DNA from: Guyparkeria sp.
Lineage (GTDB): Bacteria; Pseudomonadota; Gammaproteobacteria; Halothiobacillales; Halothiobacillaceae
DNA: 64,000 nt
Assembly (NCBI GenBank): GCA_041690375.1
Contig: JAWLHL010000005.1
Coordinates: 8,528 to 72,527, forward strand
Direction: 5' to 3'
Made by a program: the position numbers and the translations under genes. How positions within the stretch are numbered: the first letter of the stretch is position 1; the number at the start of each line of letters is the position of its first letter. Shown here in pieces: positions 54,877 to 64,000 of the stretch. The notes under the pieces were generated by a model. It was not told where the DNA came from and ran no database searches. It was given only the letters and a program-made list of their open reading frames with translations.

Positions 54877-56314
54877 CCGGCCCCCTCCCTGTAGAATTGT
54901 CGTCGGAGCCGGTCGCCATACCGTGCTCCCGTTCGAGCGCGTCGCGGACCCGCTCGATGTGCATGAATCTCGACCCCTTGAGGAGCACCGTGACCTCGGC
55001 GTTCGCGCCCACGTCCGAGAGCAGTTCGCGGAGCGTGACCGCCGCCGTTTCGGCGTCGGGGACGCAGATCAGTCCGCGCTCGACGCCTCCGGCCGTGAGG
55101 TACCCGGCCCGCACGGATTCGGCGTCCGGGCCGACCGCCAGGACGCGATCGACGCCGGAGGCCGCCGCCTCGGCGCCAAGGTCCCGGTGCAAGACCCCCG
55201 ACTGCTCGCCAAGTTCCCCCATGCTCCCCAGGACGGCCACTCGAGTGCCGGGCTGCGCGGCGAGATGCGCCAGCGCCGCGCGCATGGATTCGGGGTTGGC
55301 GTTGTAGCTGTCGTCGATCACGCGCCAGCCGTTGCCCAGGCGCACGGTGGTCATGCGCCCGGCCGGAGGCTCGAAGATGGCCAGTCCCGCTTCGATCTCG
55401 GCAGACTCCAGGCCAACCGTCCGGGCCACGGCGATCGCCGCCATCAGGTTCACCGCGTTGTGCTCGCCCGGCATGGGCACGGGCAACGGCCCCAGCAGCT
55501 CCTGCCCGCGCTCGCGGACGCTCAGCGCGTGCCGGCCGGCCAGGTAGCGGCCCTGCCAGGTGGCCTGACCGGCTCGCGATTCCTGCAGGCTGAAGGTCTC
55601 GGCATTGGGTGCGTCGGCCAGCCAGTCCGTCGCGCCGGGAGAATCGAGGTTGACCACCGATCGGCAGGTCCTCGGGCAGTGGCGGTAGATCTCGCCCTTG
55701 GCCTCGATGATGCGCTCGACCGAACCGAACTCGCCCACGTGGGCCCGTCCGGCCATGGTCACCAACGCGACGTCCGGCGCCGCCAGCTCGGTCAGCGCCG
55801 CGATCTCGCCGACGTGGTTGGCGCCCATCTCGACCACCGCGAACCGTGTCTCCGGCGGCCATTCGAGCAGGGTCAGCGGCACGCCGATGTCGTTGTTCAG
55901 GTTGCCGCGCGTCGCGGATGTCGGTCCCACCCGGGACAGCATGGCCGCCAGCATTTCCTTGACCGTGGTCTTGCCGCTGCTGCCCGTGATCGCGATGACC
56001 ACCGGGTCGACGCGGTCCCGCCAGGCCCGGGCCAGGGCCGACAGGGCGCGATGGCTGTCCTCGACCACGACCTGGGGCAGGCCGGCGCCGGGCACCTCCC
56101 GCTCGACCAGGGCGGCCACCGCCCCCTGCGCCGCGGCATCGGCGACAAAGGCGTGTGCATCATGGTTCGGCCCTTTCAGCGCGACGAACAGCCGCTGGCC
56201 CAGATCCAGGCGCGTGTCCGTCCCCACGCCCTGGATGGCCAGCGCTGCATCCGCCGGGTCGGCCAGCCGGCCGCCGGTCCACTCTGCGACCTGCTCGAGA
56301 GTCGCCCGGATCAT
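54857..56314 (-). CDS. murF: UDP-MurNAc-tripeptide--D-Ala-D-Ala ligase
   Basis: [35 protein letters not shown]. Confidence 0.97.
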   Translation of the reverse strand: MIRATLEQVAEWTGGRLADPADAALAIQGVGTDTRLDLGQRLFVALKGPNHDAHAFVADAAAQGAVAALVEREVPGAGLPQVVVEDSHRALSALARAWRDRVDPVVIAITGSSGKTTVKEMLAAMLSRVGPTSATRGNLNNDIGVPLTLLEWPPETRFAVVEMGANHVGEIAALTELAAPDVALVTMAGRAHVGEFGSVERIIEAKGEIYRHCPRTCRSVVNLDSPGATDWLADAPNAETFSLQESRAGQATWQGRYLAGRHALSVRERGQELLGPLPVPMPGEHNAVNLMAAIAVARTVGLESAEIEAGLAIFEPPAGRMTTVRLGNGWRVIDDSYNANPESMRAALAHLAAQPGTRVAVLGSMGELGEQSGVLHRDLGAEAAASGVDRVLAVGPDAESVRAGYLTAGGVERGLICVPDAETAAVTLRELLSDVGANAEVTVLLKGSRFMHIERVRDALEREHGMATGSDDNSTGRGPDAALAD

Positions 56315-57828
56315 GCCGCCACCTCCCTTGCGATCTCGCGCACCACCTGCCGGTCGTCGAAGGGCAGTACGCGACCGTCGATTTCCTGTCCCGTCTCGTG
56401 ACCCTTGCCCGCGACCAGCAGGCAGTCGCCCGGCCGGCCTTCGACCAGCCGGCCGATGGCGTGACGGATGGCCGCCTCGCGGTCGGGAATCACGGTCAGC
56501 CGGTCGGGCACCTTCGTCCCGGCGACGATCGCCTCGATGATCGCCTCGGGCGACTCGCTGCGCGGATTGTCCGAGGTCACGACGACCCAGTCGGCCAGCC
56601 GCTCGGCGATCGCCCCCATCAACGGGCGCTTGCCGGCATCACGGTCGCCACCGCAACCGAACACGACGCCCAGGCGCCCTCCCTCGGCCAGTCCGTCACG
56701 CAGACCGGCGAGGACGTTCTCCAGTGCATCCGGGCTGTGGGCGTAATCGACCACGACATTCCGGCTGGCGCCGACGGTGAACATCTCCATTCGACCGGGA
56801 GGCGTCTTCAGTCGCCCGGCGTGCCGGGCCAGCGCATCGAGCGATTCGCCCATCACGAGGCGCGCGGCCAGGGCCGCGAGCAGGTTCTCGGCGTTGAACC
56901 TGCCGGCCAGCGGGGCCTCGATCACTTGGCGCTCGGCGAGATGGGCGACCGACAACCGCATCCGCCCCGAGACCGGCGGCTCCAGCTCGCCGACCAGGCA
57001 GGGGCGGCAATCGGGAAGTCTCGTGGCACTCGCCAGCGAGTAGCACAGCAGCCGGACGGAATCGTCTCGCTCCTGGAGGGCGGCAAGCATCCGTTCGGCG
57101 GCCGCCTGGGCGGCGTTGAGCACCGCGTGGCGAAGCGACGGGAGCGCAAACAGGTGGGCCTTGGCAGCGAGATAGGCTTCCTCGTCGCCGTGATAGTCGA
57201 AATGGTCCCGGCCGAGATTGGTGAACACGCCGGTGCGGATCGGCAACCCTTCGACTCGCCCCTGGCTCAGGGCATGCGAGGAAACTTCCATCACGATCTC
57301 GCGGGCCCCTTCCCGGACCATCTCGCCGATCAGCCGCCAGTTCTCGATCAGGCCGGGAGTGGTGTTGCCGGTCGACTCGTAATCGGCACGAGGCGACCAT
57401 AGCCCCCAGCCGAGTGTCCCGATCACGCCCACCGGATCGCCCTCGGCGGCGGCCAGACCGGCGACGAGGTGGGCCACGGTGGTCTTGCCGTTGGTCCCGG
57501 TGATCGCGGTGATCCTGACGGTATCGGCCCCCCAGCCGTTTGCCTGCCGGATGATCTCGGCAATCGCCTCCTCGGGGAGGTCCAGGCGCACCACGCCCCG
57601 ACCCTGCTGCAGGCCGGCCCCCACGACCGCGGCCGCATCGCGTCCGATCGCATCGTCCACGAACCGGTCGACGGGCTGGGAGACAGTCTCCCGGGCGAAG
57701 AAAAGCGTCCCGGCGTCCACGTCACGGCTGTCGTCGCTGATCGCGTGGACGGACACGTTCGGCGCGCCCGCGTGCCGCAGCGAGGGGATCTCGTGAAGTG
57801 CGATCGCCGGAAACTCGATTCTCGCCAT
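56311..57828 (-). CDS. murE: UDP-MurNAc-dipeptide--meso-DAP ligase
   Basis: TGTNGKTT, MEVSSH, DYAHSPD, CGGDRD, DNPR (mDAP type), AGKGHE. Confidence 0.97.
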   Translation of the reverse strand: MARIEFPAIALHEIPSLRHAGAPNVSVHAISDDSRDVDAGTLFFARETVSQPVDRFVDDAIGRDAAAVVGAGLQQGRGVVRLDLPEEAIAEIIRQANGWGADTVRITAITGTNGKTTVAHLVAGLAAAEGDPVGVIGTLGWGLWSPRADYESTGNTTPGLIENWRLIGEMVREGAREIVMEVSSHALSQGRVEGLPIRTGVFTNLGRDHFDYHGDEEAYLAAKAHLFALPSLRHAVLNAAQAAAERMLAALQERDDSVRLLCYSLASATRLPDCRPCLVGELEPPVSGRMRLSVAHLAERQVIEAPLAGRFNAENLLAALAARLVMGESLDALARHAGRLKTPPGRMEMFTVGASRNVVVDYAHSPDALENVLAGLRDGLAEGGRLGVVFGCGGDRDAGKRPLMGAIAERLADWVVVTSDNPRSESPEAIIEAIVAGTKVPDRLTVIPDREAAIRHAIGRLVEGRPGDCLLVAGKGHETGQEIDGRVLPFDDRQVVREIAREVAA

Positions 57829-57829
57829 G

Positions 57830-59611
57830 TCAGCCCTCCTCCCCGGAACCGCCGGGCAGTGCCGGCACGTCCGGAACGATCGACCCCGTCTCGCCGGCAA
57901 TATGCTGCAGCGGCAGTTCCGGCAGGTCGTCCGGGCGGATGTTGAGCATGCGCAGCGTGCCGCTCATCACGCGCTGGAAGACCGGGGCGGCCACATCCCC
58001 GGCATAGACCTTCCCGGCGGATGGCCGATTGATCACCACCACCAGGGCCAGGCGTGGATCACTGGCCGGAGCGAGCCCGGCGAAGACGGTGTTGTAGTCG
58101 CTGCGGGAATAACCCTCCTTGCCGATGCGGCGCACCGTTCCGGTCTTGCCCGCCACCTGGAAGCCGGTGATGGCCGCCACGGGAGCCGTCCCGGTGGGCG
58201 AGACCACGGAACGCAGCAGGCTGACCACCGTGCCGGCGGTGTCCGTATCGAACACCTGTCGGGTCTCGGCCGGCTCGTCTCTCAGGAGCAGGCTGGGCTG
58301 GACGTACTGGCCACCATTGCCCAGCGCCCCGTAGGCCGCGGCCAGTTGCAGCGCCGTGACGCTCAGCCCGTATCCGTAGCTGTGCGCCGAAGTGTCCGCT
58401 TTCCGCCAGTCCCGCCAGAGGCTGAGCGAACCCGAGGCCTCGCCGGGGAAGCCCACCGCCGTGAGCTGGCCGAACCCCAGTGCGCGATAGGTCCGCCACA
58501 GCGGTTCGGCACCGATGTCTTCCGCCAGCATGCTCGCGGCGATGTTGCTTGATTTCTCCAGCACGCCCTCGAGATCCAGCTCGCCATAGTTGCGGTGGTC
58601 GTGAATGGTGTATCCGCCCACACGCCGATAGCCGGGGGCGGTATCAAGGATGTCCGTGGGCTGCCAGCGACCGGTGGACAGGGCGGCGGCGACGGTAAAC
58701 GGCTTGACCGCCGAGCCGGGCTCGAACTGGTCGACGATGGCGTGGTTGCGGGTCGCCTTCGGATCGATGGTGGCGCGGTTGTTCGGATTGAAGGACGGCG
58801 CGCTGGCCATGGCCAGCACCTCGCCACTGGAGACGTCCATCATGACCACGGCGCCCGACTCGGCCTCGTGCTGCTCGACGGCATGCACCAGCTCCCGGTA
58901 GGCCAGGTACTGCAGGCGGCGGTCGATCGACAGGGCCAGGTTCTCCCCGGGACGGGCCGCGCGGATCACGCCCAGGTCGGCGATCTCGCGGTCATCGCCG
59001 TCCTTGAGGATGCGCCGGCTGCCCGGCACGCCGGAAAGCACCCGGTCGAAGGCGAGCTCGATGCCTGCCAGTCCCTCGTCGTCGACATTCGCGAACCCCA
59101 GCAACGGGGCGGTCACGTCGGCAGTCGGGTAGAAGCGCTTGTACTCGCGCTGCAGCCCCACTCCCGGCAGGTTCGCGGCGCGCACCTGCTCGGCCTGGCT
59201 GGGACGCACCTGGCGGGCGACGTAGATGAACCGGCGGGACGAGCGCTCGCGCACCCGGCGGATCAGGTCGTCGGCCGGCTGCTCCAGGAGAGCGGCGAGC
59301 CGGCGCAGCGCCTCGGGATGGGCGGAGATCACGCTGGGGTCCGCCCAGACGGCGTGCATGCCCACGCTGATCGCCAGGGGCTCGCCGTTGCGGTCGGTGA
59401 TCATCCCGCGGTGAGCCGGGATGGTCTGTACGCGCTGCTGACGGTCGCCCCCCTGCTCGGCGTAGAAATCACGCTCGGTGACCTGCAGCTGCACGGCCCG
59501 CCCCAGCATGACGACCGCCGCCAGGGCGAACGCCATCAGGACGATGCCGGCCCGCCAGCGCACGCCCAGCCAGGCGGCCCAGTTGGTGACGATGGCCCAC
59601 AGCGCCTTCAT
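57830..59611 (-). CDS. ftsI: Peptidoglycan D,D-transpeptidase FtsI (PBP3)
   Basis: RGMITDRNG, EPGSAVK (SxxK), KSSN (SxN), GKTGT. Confidence 0.96.
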   Translation of the reverse strand: MKALWAIVTNWAAWLGVRWRAGIVLMAFALAAVVMLGRAVQLQVTERDFYAEQGGDRQQRVQTIPAHRGMITDRNGEPLAISVGMHAVWADPSVISAHPEALRRLAALLEQPADDLIRRVRERSSRRFIYVARQVRPSQAEQVRAANLPGVGLQREYKRFYPTADVTAPLLGFANVDDEGLAGIELAFDRVLSGVPGSRRILKDGDDREIADLGVIRAARPGENLALSIDRRLQYLAYRELVHAVEQHEAESGAVVMMDVSSGEVLAMASAPSFNPNNRATIDPKATRNHAIVDQFEPGSAVKPFTVAAALSTGRWQPTDILDTAPGYRRVGGYTIHDHRNYGELDLEGVLEKSSNIAASMLAEDIGAEPLWRTYRALGFGQLTAVGFPGEASGSLSLWRDWRKADTSAHSYGYGLSVTALQLAAAYGALGNGGQYVQPSLLLRDEPAETRQVFDTDTAGTVVSLLRSVVSPTGTAPVAAITGFQVAGKTGTVRRIGKEGYSRSDYNTVFAGLAPASDPRLALVVVINRPSAGKVYAGDVAAPVFQRVMSGTLRMLNIRPDDLPELPLQHIAGETGSIVPDVPALPGGSGEEG

Positions 59612-59868
59612 CGGAACACCACCGTCAGCCGGTCCGCCCCCGGCGGTCCCATGCCGAGTTCCTCGGCGGCGATCCGCTCGATGCGCCCGTGGGCAGTGAG
59701 CGTACCTTCCTCGAGCTGCAATTCGGCGTAGGTGCCCTCGAGCCGTTCGACGCCGTCACGGGTAAGGGCCACCTGCTGCGCCAGGTGACGGTCCGTGGCG
59801 ACCAGCTTGACGACCTGCAGCGCGCTGGCGATCACCAGCAGGGCCAGAACGAGGTTCAGGGCCTTCAT
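59608..59868 (-). CDS. ftsL: Cell division protein FtsL
   Basis: TM plus coiled coil, LQLEE...RIERIA...LGM; between rsmH and ftsI. Confidence 0.88.
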   Translation of the reverse strand: MKALNLVLALLVIASALQVVKLVATDRHLAQQVALTRDGVERLEGTYAELQLEEGTLTAHGRIERIAAEELGMGPPGADRLTVVFR

Positions 59869-60788
59869 GCCGCTCGCTCCGCGACCCGCATGATCGCGCT
59901 GCGTGCTCGCGGGTTCTTCGCCATTTCCGCCTCTCCGGCGCGAACGGCCTTGCCGATCCTGCGGAAGGCGACCGAACCCACCGGGTTGCCGAAGAAATCC
60001 TTGCCCGGCGTGCTGTGGTCACGGATGAATCGCTTGACGATGCGATCTTCCAGCGAGTGGAAGCTGATCACGACCAGCCGTCCCCCGGGGCGCAGATGCG
60101 CGAGCGCCTGCTCCAGCGCGCAAGTGATCTGGTCGAGTTCCTGGTTGATGAACAGCCGGATCGCCTGGAACGTGCGCGTGGCCGGGTGCTTGTTCGGGTC
60201 GCGCCTGGGCGTGGCGGTCAGCACGCAGTCGACCAGGTCGGTGGTCCGCGCCAGGGGCTTCTCGGCGCGGCGGGCCACGATCTCGGCGGCGATCCGGCGG
60301 GCGAAGCGTTCCTCGCCGAGCCGCGCGATCACGTCACGGATCTCGTCCTCCTCGGCGACCGCCAGCCAGTCGGCCGCGGACACCCCCCGCGACTGGTCCA
60401 TGCGCATGTCCAGGGGGCCGTCGAAGCGGAAGGAGAAGCCGCGTTCCGGCTGGTCGAGCTGCGGGGAAGACACGCCGAGGTCGAACATCACGCCGTCGAC
60501 CTGCTCGGCGATGCCGCGTTCGGCAAGGATGTCGCCCCAGCGGGAGAAGGGCTCGGCGACGAACGTGAAACGACCGTCGGACTCGGCCAGTCGCTCGGCG
60601 TCGGCGGCCGCCTGCCGATCGCGGTCGAAACCGATCAGGCGACCGTCGGCGGACAGGCTCGCCAGGATGGCGCGGCTGTGACCGCCGCGCCCGTAGGTGC
60701 CGTCCACGTAGACACCCGCCGGGTCGGTGACCAGGGCGGCGACCGCCTCCTCCCTGAGCACCGTGTCATGGCTGGCATCCTGGGTCAT
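59865..60788 (-). CDS. rsmH: 16S rRNA m4C1402 methyltransferase
   Basis: DGTYGRGGHS, DLGVSSPQ, ISFHSLEDR, NPRARSA. Confidence 0.98.
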   Translation of the reverse strand: MTQDASHDTVLREEAVAALVTDPAGVYVDGTYGRGGHSRAILASLSADGRLIGFDRDRQAAADAERLAESDGRFTFVAEPFSRWGDILAERGIAEQVDGVMFDLGVSSPQLDQPERGFSFRFDGPLDMRMDQSRGVSAADWLAVAEEDEIRDVIARLGEERFARRIAAEIVARRAEKPLARTTDLVDCVLTATPRRDPNKHPATRTFQAIRLFINQELDQITCALEQALAHLRPGGRLVVISFHSLEDRIVKRFIRDHSTPGKDFFGNPVGSVAFRRIGKAVRAGEAEMAKNPRARSAIMRVAERAA

Positions 60789-61237
60789 AGCGACAACGTC
60801 TCCAGAGCCGTCGGCAGCTGATCGTCCTCGTCGGACTGATCAAGGAATTCCTCTGTCATTTCGGCCCAAAGCGGCTGCGCCCAGAGCTCGAGCTTCTTGC
60901 CCTGCCCGACCAGCACCGCCTCCTTCTCCAGCCTGGCGTGGGCGCGCAGGGCCGCCGGAATGACGATCCGCCCGGCGGAGTCGAATTCCACCTGGGTAGC
61001 GTGCCCGATCAGCATCCGCTTGATCCGGTTCGCCGTCTTGTTGAACGACGGCAGAGCGTCGATCTGCTTTTCGATCTCCAGCCAGGTGCCCAGCGGGTAG
61101 ACCAGCAGGCAGTGTTCCTGGGTATCGATGGTGAGAATCAGCTGGTTGTCGTCCTGGGCAAAGGCATCCCGATGGCGCGTGGGCATGGCCAGGCGTCCTT
61201 TCGTATCGAGATTCAGGTTGGTGATGCCCCGAAACAC
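60785..61237 (-). CDS. mraZ: Transcriptional regulator MraZ
   Basis: DTKGR and DSAGR repeats; GTG start. Confidence 0.97.
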   Translation of the reverse strand: MFRGITNLNLDTKGRLAMPTRHRDAFAQDDNQLILTIDTQEHCLLVYPLGTWLEIEKQIDALPSFNKTANRIKRMLIGHATQVEFDSAGRIVIPAALRAHARLEKEAVLVGQGKKLELWAQPLWAEMTEEFLDQSDEDDQLPTALETLSL

Positions 61238-61267
61238 TTTTTCCCACTTTTTCCCACTTTCCTACAC
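61233..61267 (-). promoter_or_regulatory. MraZ-binding direct repeats
   Basis: GTGTA/GTGGG/GTGGG/GTGTT at exact 10-bp period (61267, 61257, 61247, 61237); TATAGT -10 candidate at 61281-61276. Confidence 0.8.
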
Positions 61268-61573
61268 CTGAGCGCACTATAGCCCCACCCCGTGACCCGA
61301 TCAAGCGGATGAGCGGATTTTTCTTTTGACCACAAGGGGTTAGCCACGGCTGAGCAAGGAGAAATGCTCACCGTTTCCAGACAAAAACAGAGGGTTACCT
61401 CGTATTGGTAACAAACCGCACGAGGAAAATGAGGCGGGAGTTTCTCGTCCTCGGGCCGACCCGTGGAAGAAAGTGGGAGACAATCGGCCGCGGGAGGGGC
61501 GACACGGTTGCTCGGGGCACACCGCCCGAGCCCCGTGGAACAGGGTATCGGGCAGCACGTCCATTGATTGGGG

Positions 61574-61924
<351 letters not shown>

Positions 61925-62032
61925 GGGCGCGGAGTATAACCGAGCCGTTTCCCGTGTCGAGGCCGAATCACGAACACCGTGATTCGCGATAGACTGTCGA
62001 ATCCATTTCGACCAGCCCCCCATCCGGTTTCC

Positions 62033-63208
62033 ATGACGACTTCATCCAATCGGTCAACGCCACCACCCGGCCTCGCCGACCTGCTCGAGCACATGCAGGG
62101 AGGACCAGCAGCCAGCGACGTCGACTGCGCCCGCGCCCGGCCGGCACTCGACTGGTTCTACCGGGAGCGCTGGCAGGCAGACGAACTCGAGCGGCTGGAA
62201 CTGCAATGGCTGCTCGACTGGATGCGCCAGTGCCATGACCCACGACGCTTCGAGATCGCCGACGCGCTGTGCGTCACACTCCTGGGCGAGGGCCGGCCGG
62301 CCGAGGCCGCGGCGCTGGCCGGCGAGCTTCTCGGCGAGCGCCGCGATCCGGGGCTCTGGCATACCCTGGCGCTGGCCACCGCCGCGTCGGGGGACCGCCG
62401 TGGAGCGATCGAGCAGCTCGCTTCCCTGGTTTCGACCCCCGAGTTCGACGAACTCCCTCCGGAAGTGGCCACGCAGGTCCACCTGGACCTGGCGAGCCTT
62501 CACCAGCAGCAGGGCGCCCTCTTCCAGGCCATACCGTCCCTGACTCGAGCGGTCGAAACCGCCTCCCGCGCGAGCGATCCCGCCTGGCTGACGGAGGCGG
62601 CCCGCGCGCTGATCGATCAGCTCGTCGAACAGGGAGGCGCCGACGAGGCCGTTCGCCTGGTCACCCCCTATCTCGGGGATGACCGGCTCGAGCTCTGGAA
62701 ACTCGTGCTGGCCCGCCTGGCCCGCCAACTCGACCCGGAGCGCCGGGAGCAGGGCATGAGCCTGCTGGTCGCCGCCGGCGAACACCACGCGGCTCTGAAT
62801 CTGCTGGTCGAGGAAGCCGCGATCGACCCGGACCGTCTTCTGGTGGCATTCACCGGGGCGCTGGCCCTCGGCGCGCCCGCAGAGGTCACCTGCCCCCTGG
62901 CCACCCGCCTGCTGGCCACCGAGGAGGCCCGCCGGCATGAGCAGGCCCCGCTGATCGCCGCGGCCTCCGTCGCCGTGGCCGAAACCCAGGAGGAGAAAAG
63001 CGTCTCGCAGGCCAAGTGGCACCGTGACGGGGTGTCCCTGCTGATCAGCGTGGCTCGCCACCACGGCATTCCGGAGCATGAGGTCAAGCAGTGGGTGGAA
63101 GACGAGGGCCTGTATCACGAACACGGGGTTGTCGAACGCGCGGCTCGTCAATGCCTGGGGAGAATCTCCGACCCGCCGGCATGGCTGCGCCGATCGATCG
63201 AAGGCTGA
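62033..63208 (+). CDS. Hypothetical all-helical protein, possibly TPR-like
   Basis: About 391 aa, host-like codon usage, helical Ala/Leu pattern (LGEGRPAEAAALA, ASGDRRGAIEQL, LHQQQGALFQAIPSL); start uncertain. Confidence 0.7.
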   Translation: MTTSSNRSTPPPGLADLLEHMQGGPAASDVDCARARPALDWFYRERWQADELERLELQWLLDWMRQCHDPRRFEIADALCVTLLGEGRPAEAAALAGELLGERRDPGLWHTLALATAASGDRRGAIEQLASLVSTPEFDELPPEVATQVHLDLASLHQQQGALFQAIPSLTRAVETASRASDPAWLTEAARALIDQLVEQGGADEAVRLVTPYLGDDRLELWKLVLARLARQLDPERREQGMSLLVAAGEHHAALNLLVEEAAIDPDRLLVAFTGALALGAPAEVTCPLATRLLATEEARRHEQAPLIAAASVAVAETQEEKSVSQAKWHRDGVSLLISVARHHGIPEHEVKQWVEDEGLYHEHGVVERAARQCLGRISDPPAWLRRSIEG

Positions 63209-63272
63209 CCCTCCCAACGCGCATCGAAGGGCCGGCGCTCGGCACCACCACGCCGCGGGAGTTTCCCAAAGC

Positions 63273-63301
63273 AAAAACCCCCGTCAGACGACGGGGGCTT
63301 T
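63273..63301. terminator. Bidirectional terminator between the hypothetical gene and the H-NS gene
   Basis: AAAAA-CCCCCGTC-AGAC-GACGGGGG-CTTT. Confidence 0.8.
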
Positions 63302-63356
63302 CCGATCGGCGATCCCGCCACGGGTCGGGAGGGAACGCCATCCGGGCCGCAGGGAC

Positions 63357-63686
63357 TCAGATCTGGAAATCTTCCAGTTTCTTGCCCTTTTTCAGCTCGT
63401 CGACCAGCCAGTTGGGGCGCTTGCCACGGCCCGACCAGGTCTGTGACGGGTTGGCCGGATTGATGTATTTCGCCGGCAGCTTCTTGCCGGCCTGCTTCGC
63501 CGGCTTTTCCAGGCCGAAGAGCTCGGCGACCGAGGTGTTGAGCTCGGCGGCCAGCGCCTCGGCTTCGCGACGCAACTCCATCACCCGCTCCTGGTTCCGG
63601 TCCCGCAACGCCTGCTCGGCGTCATTGACCAGCTTCTTCAGCTCGTCGGCCGAAAGATTCTTCACGTCGATCTGACTCATCTGCAT
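63357..63686 (-). CDS. H-NS family nucleoid-associated protein
   Basis: N-terminal coiled coil; PAKYINPANPSQTWSGRGKRPNW DNA-binding motif. Confidence 0.93.
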   Translation of the reverse strand: MQMSQIDVKNLSADELKKLVNDAEQALRDRNQERVMELRREAEALAAELNTSVAELFGLEKPAKQAGKKLPAKYINPANPSQTWSGRGKRPNWLVDELKKGKKLEDFQI

Positions 63687-64000
63687 TTATCCTCTGTCTG
63701 AATAACGTCTCGCGGCGTGCTCGTTCCGAAAAACCGGAAGCAAATACCCGGCATTCGATCTTTGCGAAAATCTATATCAACAACAAACCGTCGTCAACAT
63801 AATATGGCCGGATAAAAGAGCCGGACGAACCGACAAGGGACAATCACGTATCCGCATTTCGTTCGTCGGATCGATAATCGAAAGGGAAAATGCCACTCCA
63901 TTAGCGTTTTCTTGATTATCCGCGGAACAATGCGATTGACGGGAAACGGATGAAGCCATTGCCTCGCCCGCAACCATGAAAAAGGCCCGCCGGAATCGGC

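Overview
High-GC (roughly two-thirds G+C by eye) gammaproteobacterial chromosomal window. Acidic protein tails suggest a halophile, possibly Chromatiales/Halothiobacillaceae-like; that is inference only. Most of it is core housekeeping: rnhA-yafS, aroC, rnhB/lpxB/fumC, the rpsB-tsf-pyrH-frr-uppS-cdsA-dxr-rseP-bamA-skp-lpxD-fabZ-lpxA cluster, rlmE-ftsH-folP-glmM, yhbY-aat, a CPA2 antiporter, mfd, the mraZ-to-ftsZ dcw cluster, RNase P RNA and an H-NS gene. The main non-core signal is a family of small non-coding elements with GGAAAC/GGAAGG-TCTGCACGA terminal inverted repeats (IS5-like MITEs) at 2934-3123, 5958-6068 (decayed) and 37618-38016. They share an internal hairpin module, and two of them bracket a P-type ATPase gene. 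Other oddities: an orphan exosortase-A-associated AMP-ligase + PLP-decarboxylase pair, lpxB inverted out of its operon with fumC inserted, and a diheme cytochrome c and a SCO/PCuAC copper-chaperone pair inserted into the ftsH cluster. All calls come from reading motifs by eye; no database searches were run. Many starts were trimmed relative to the ORF track.
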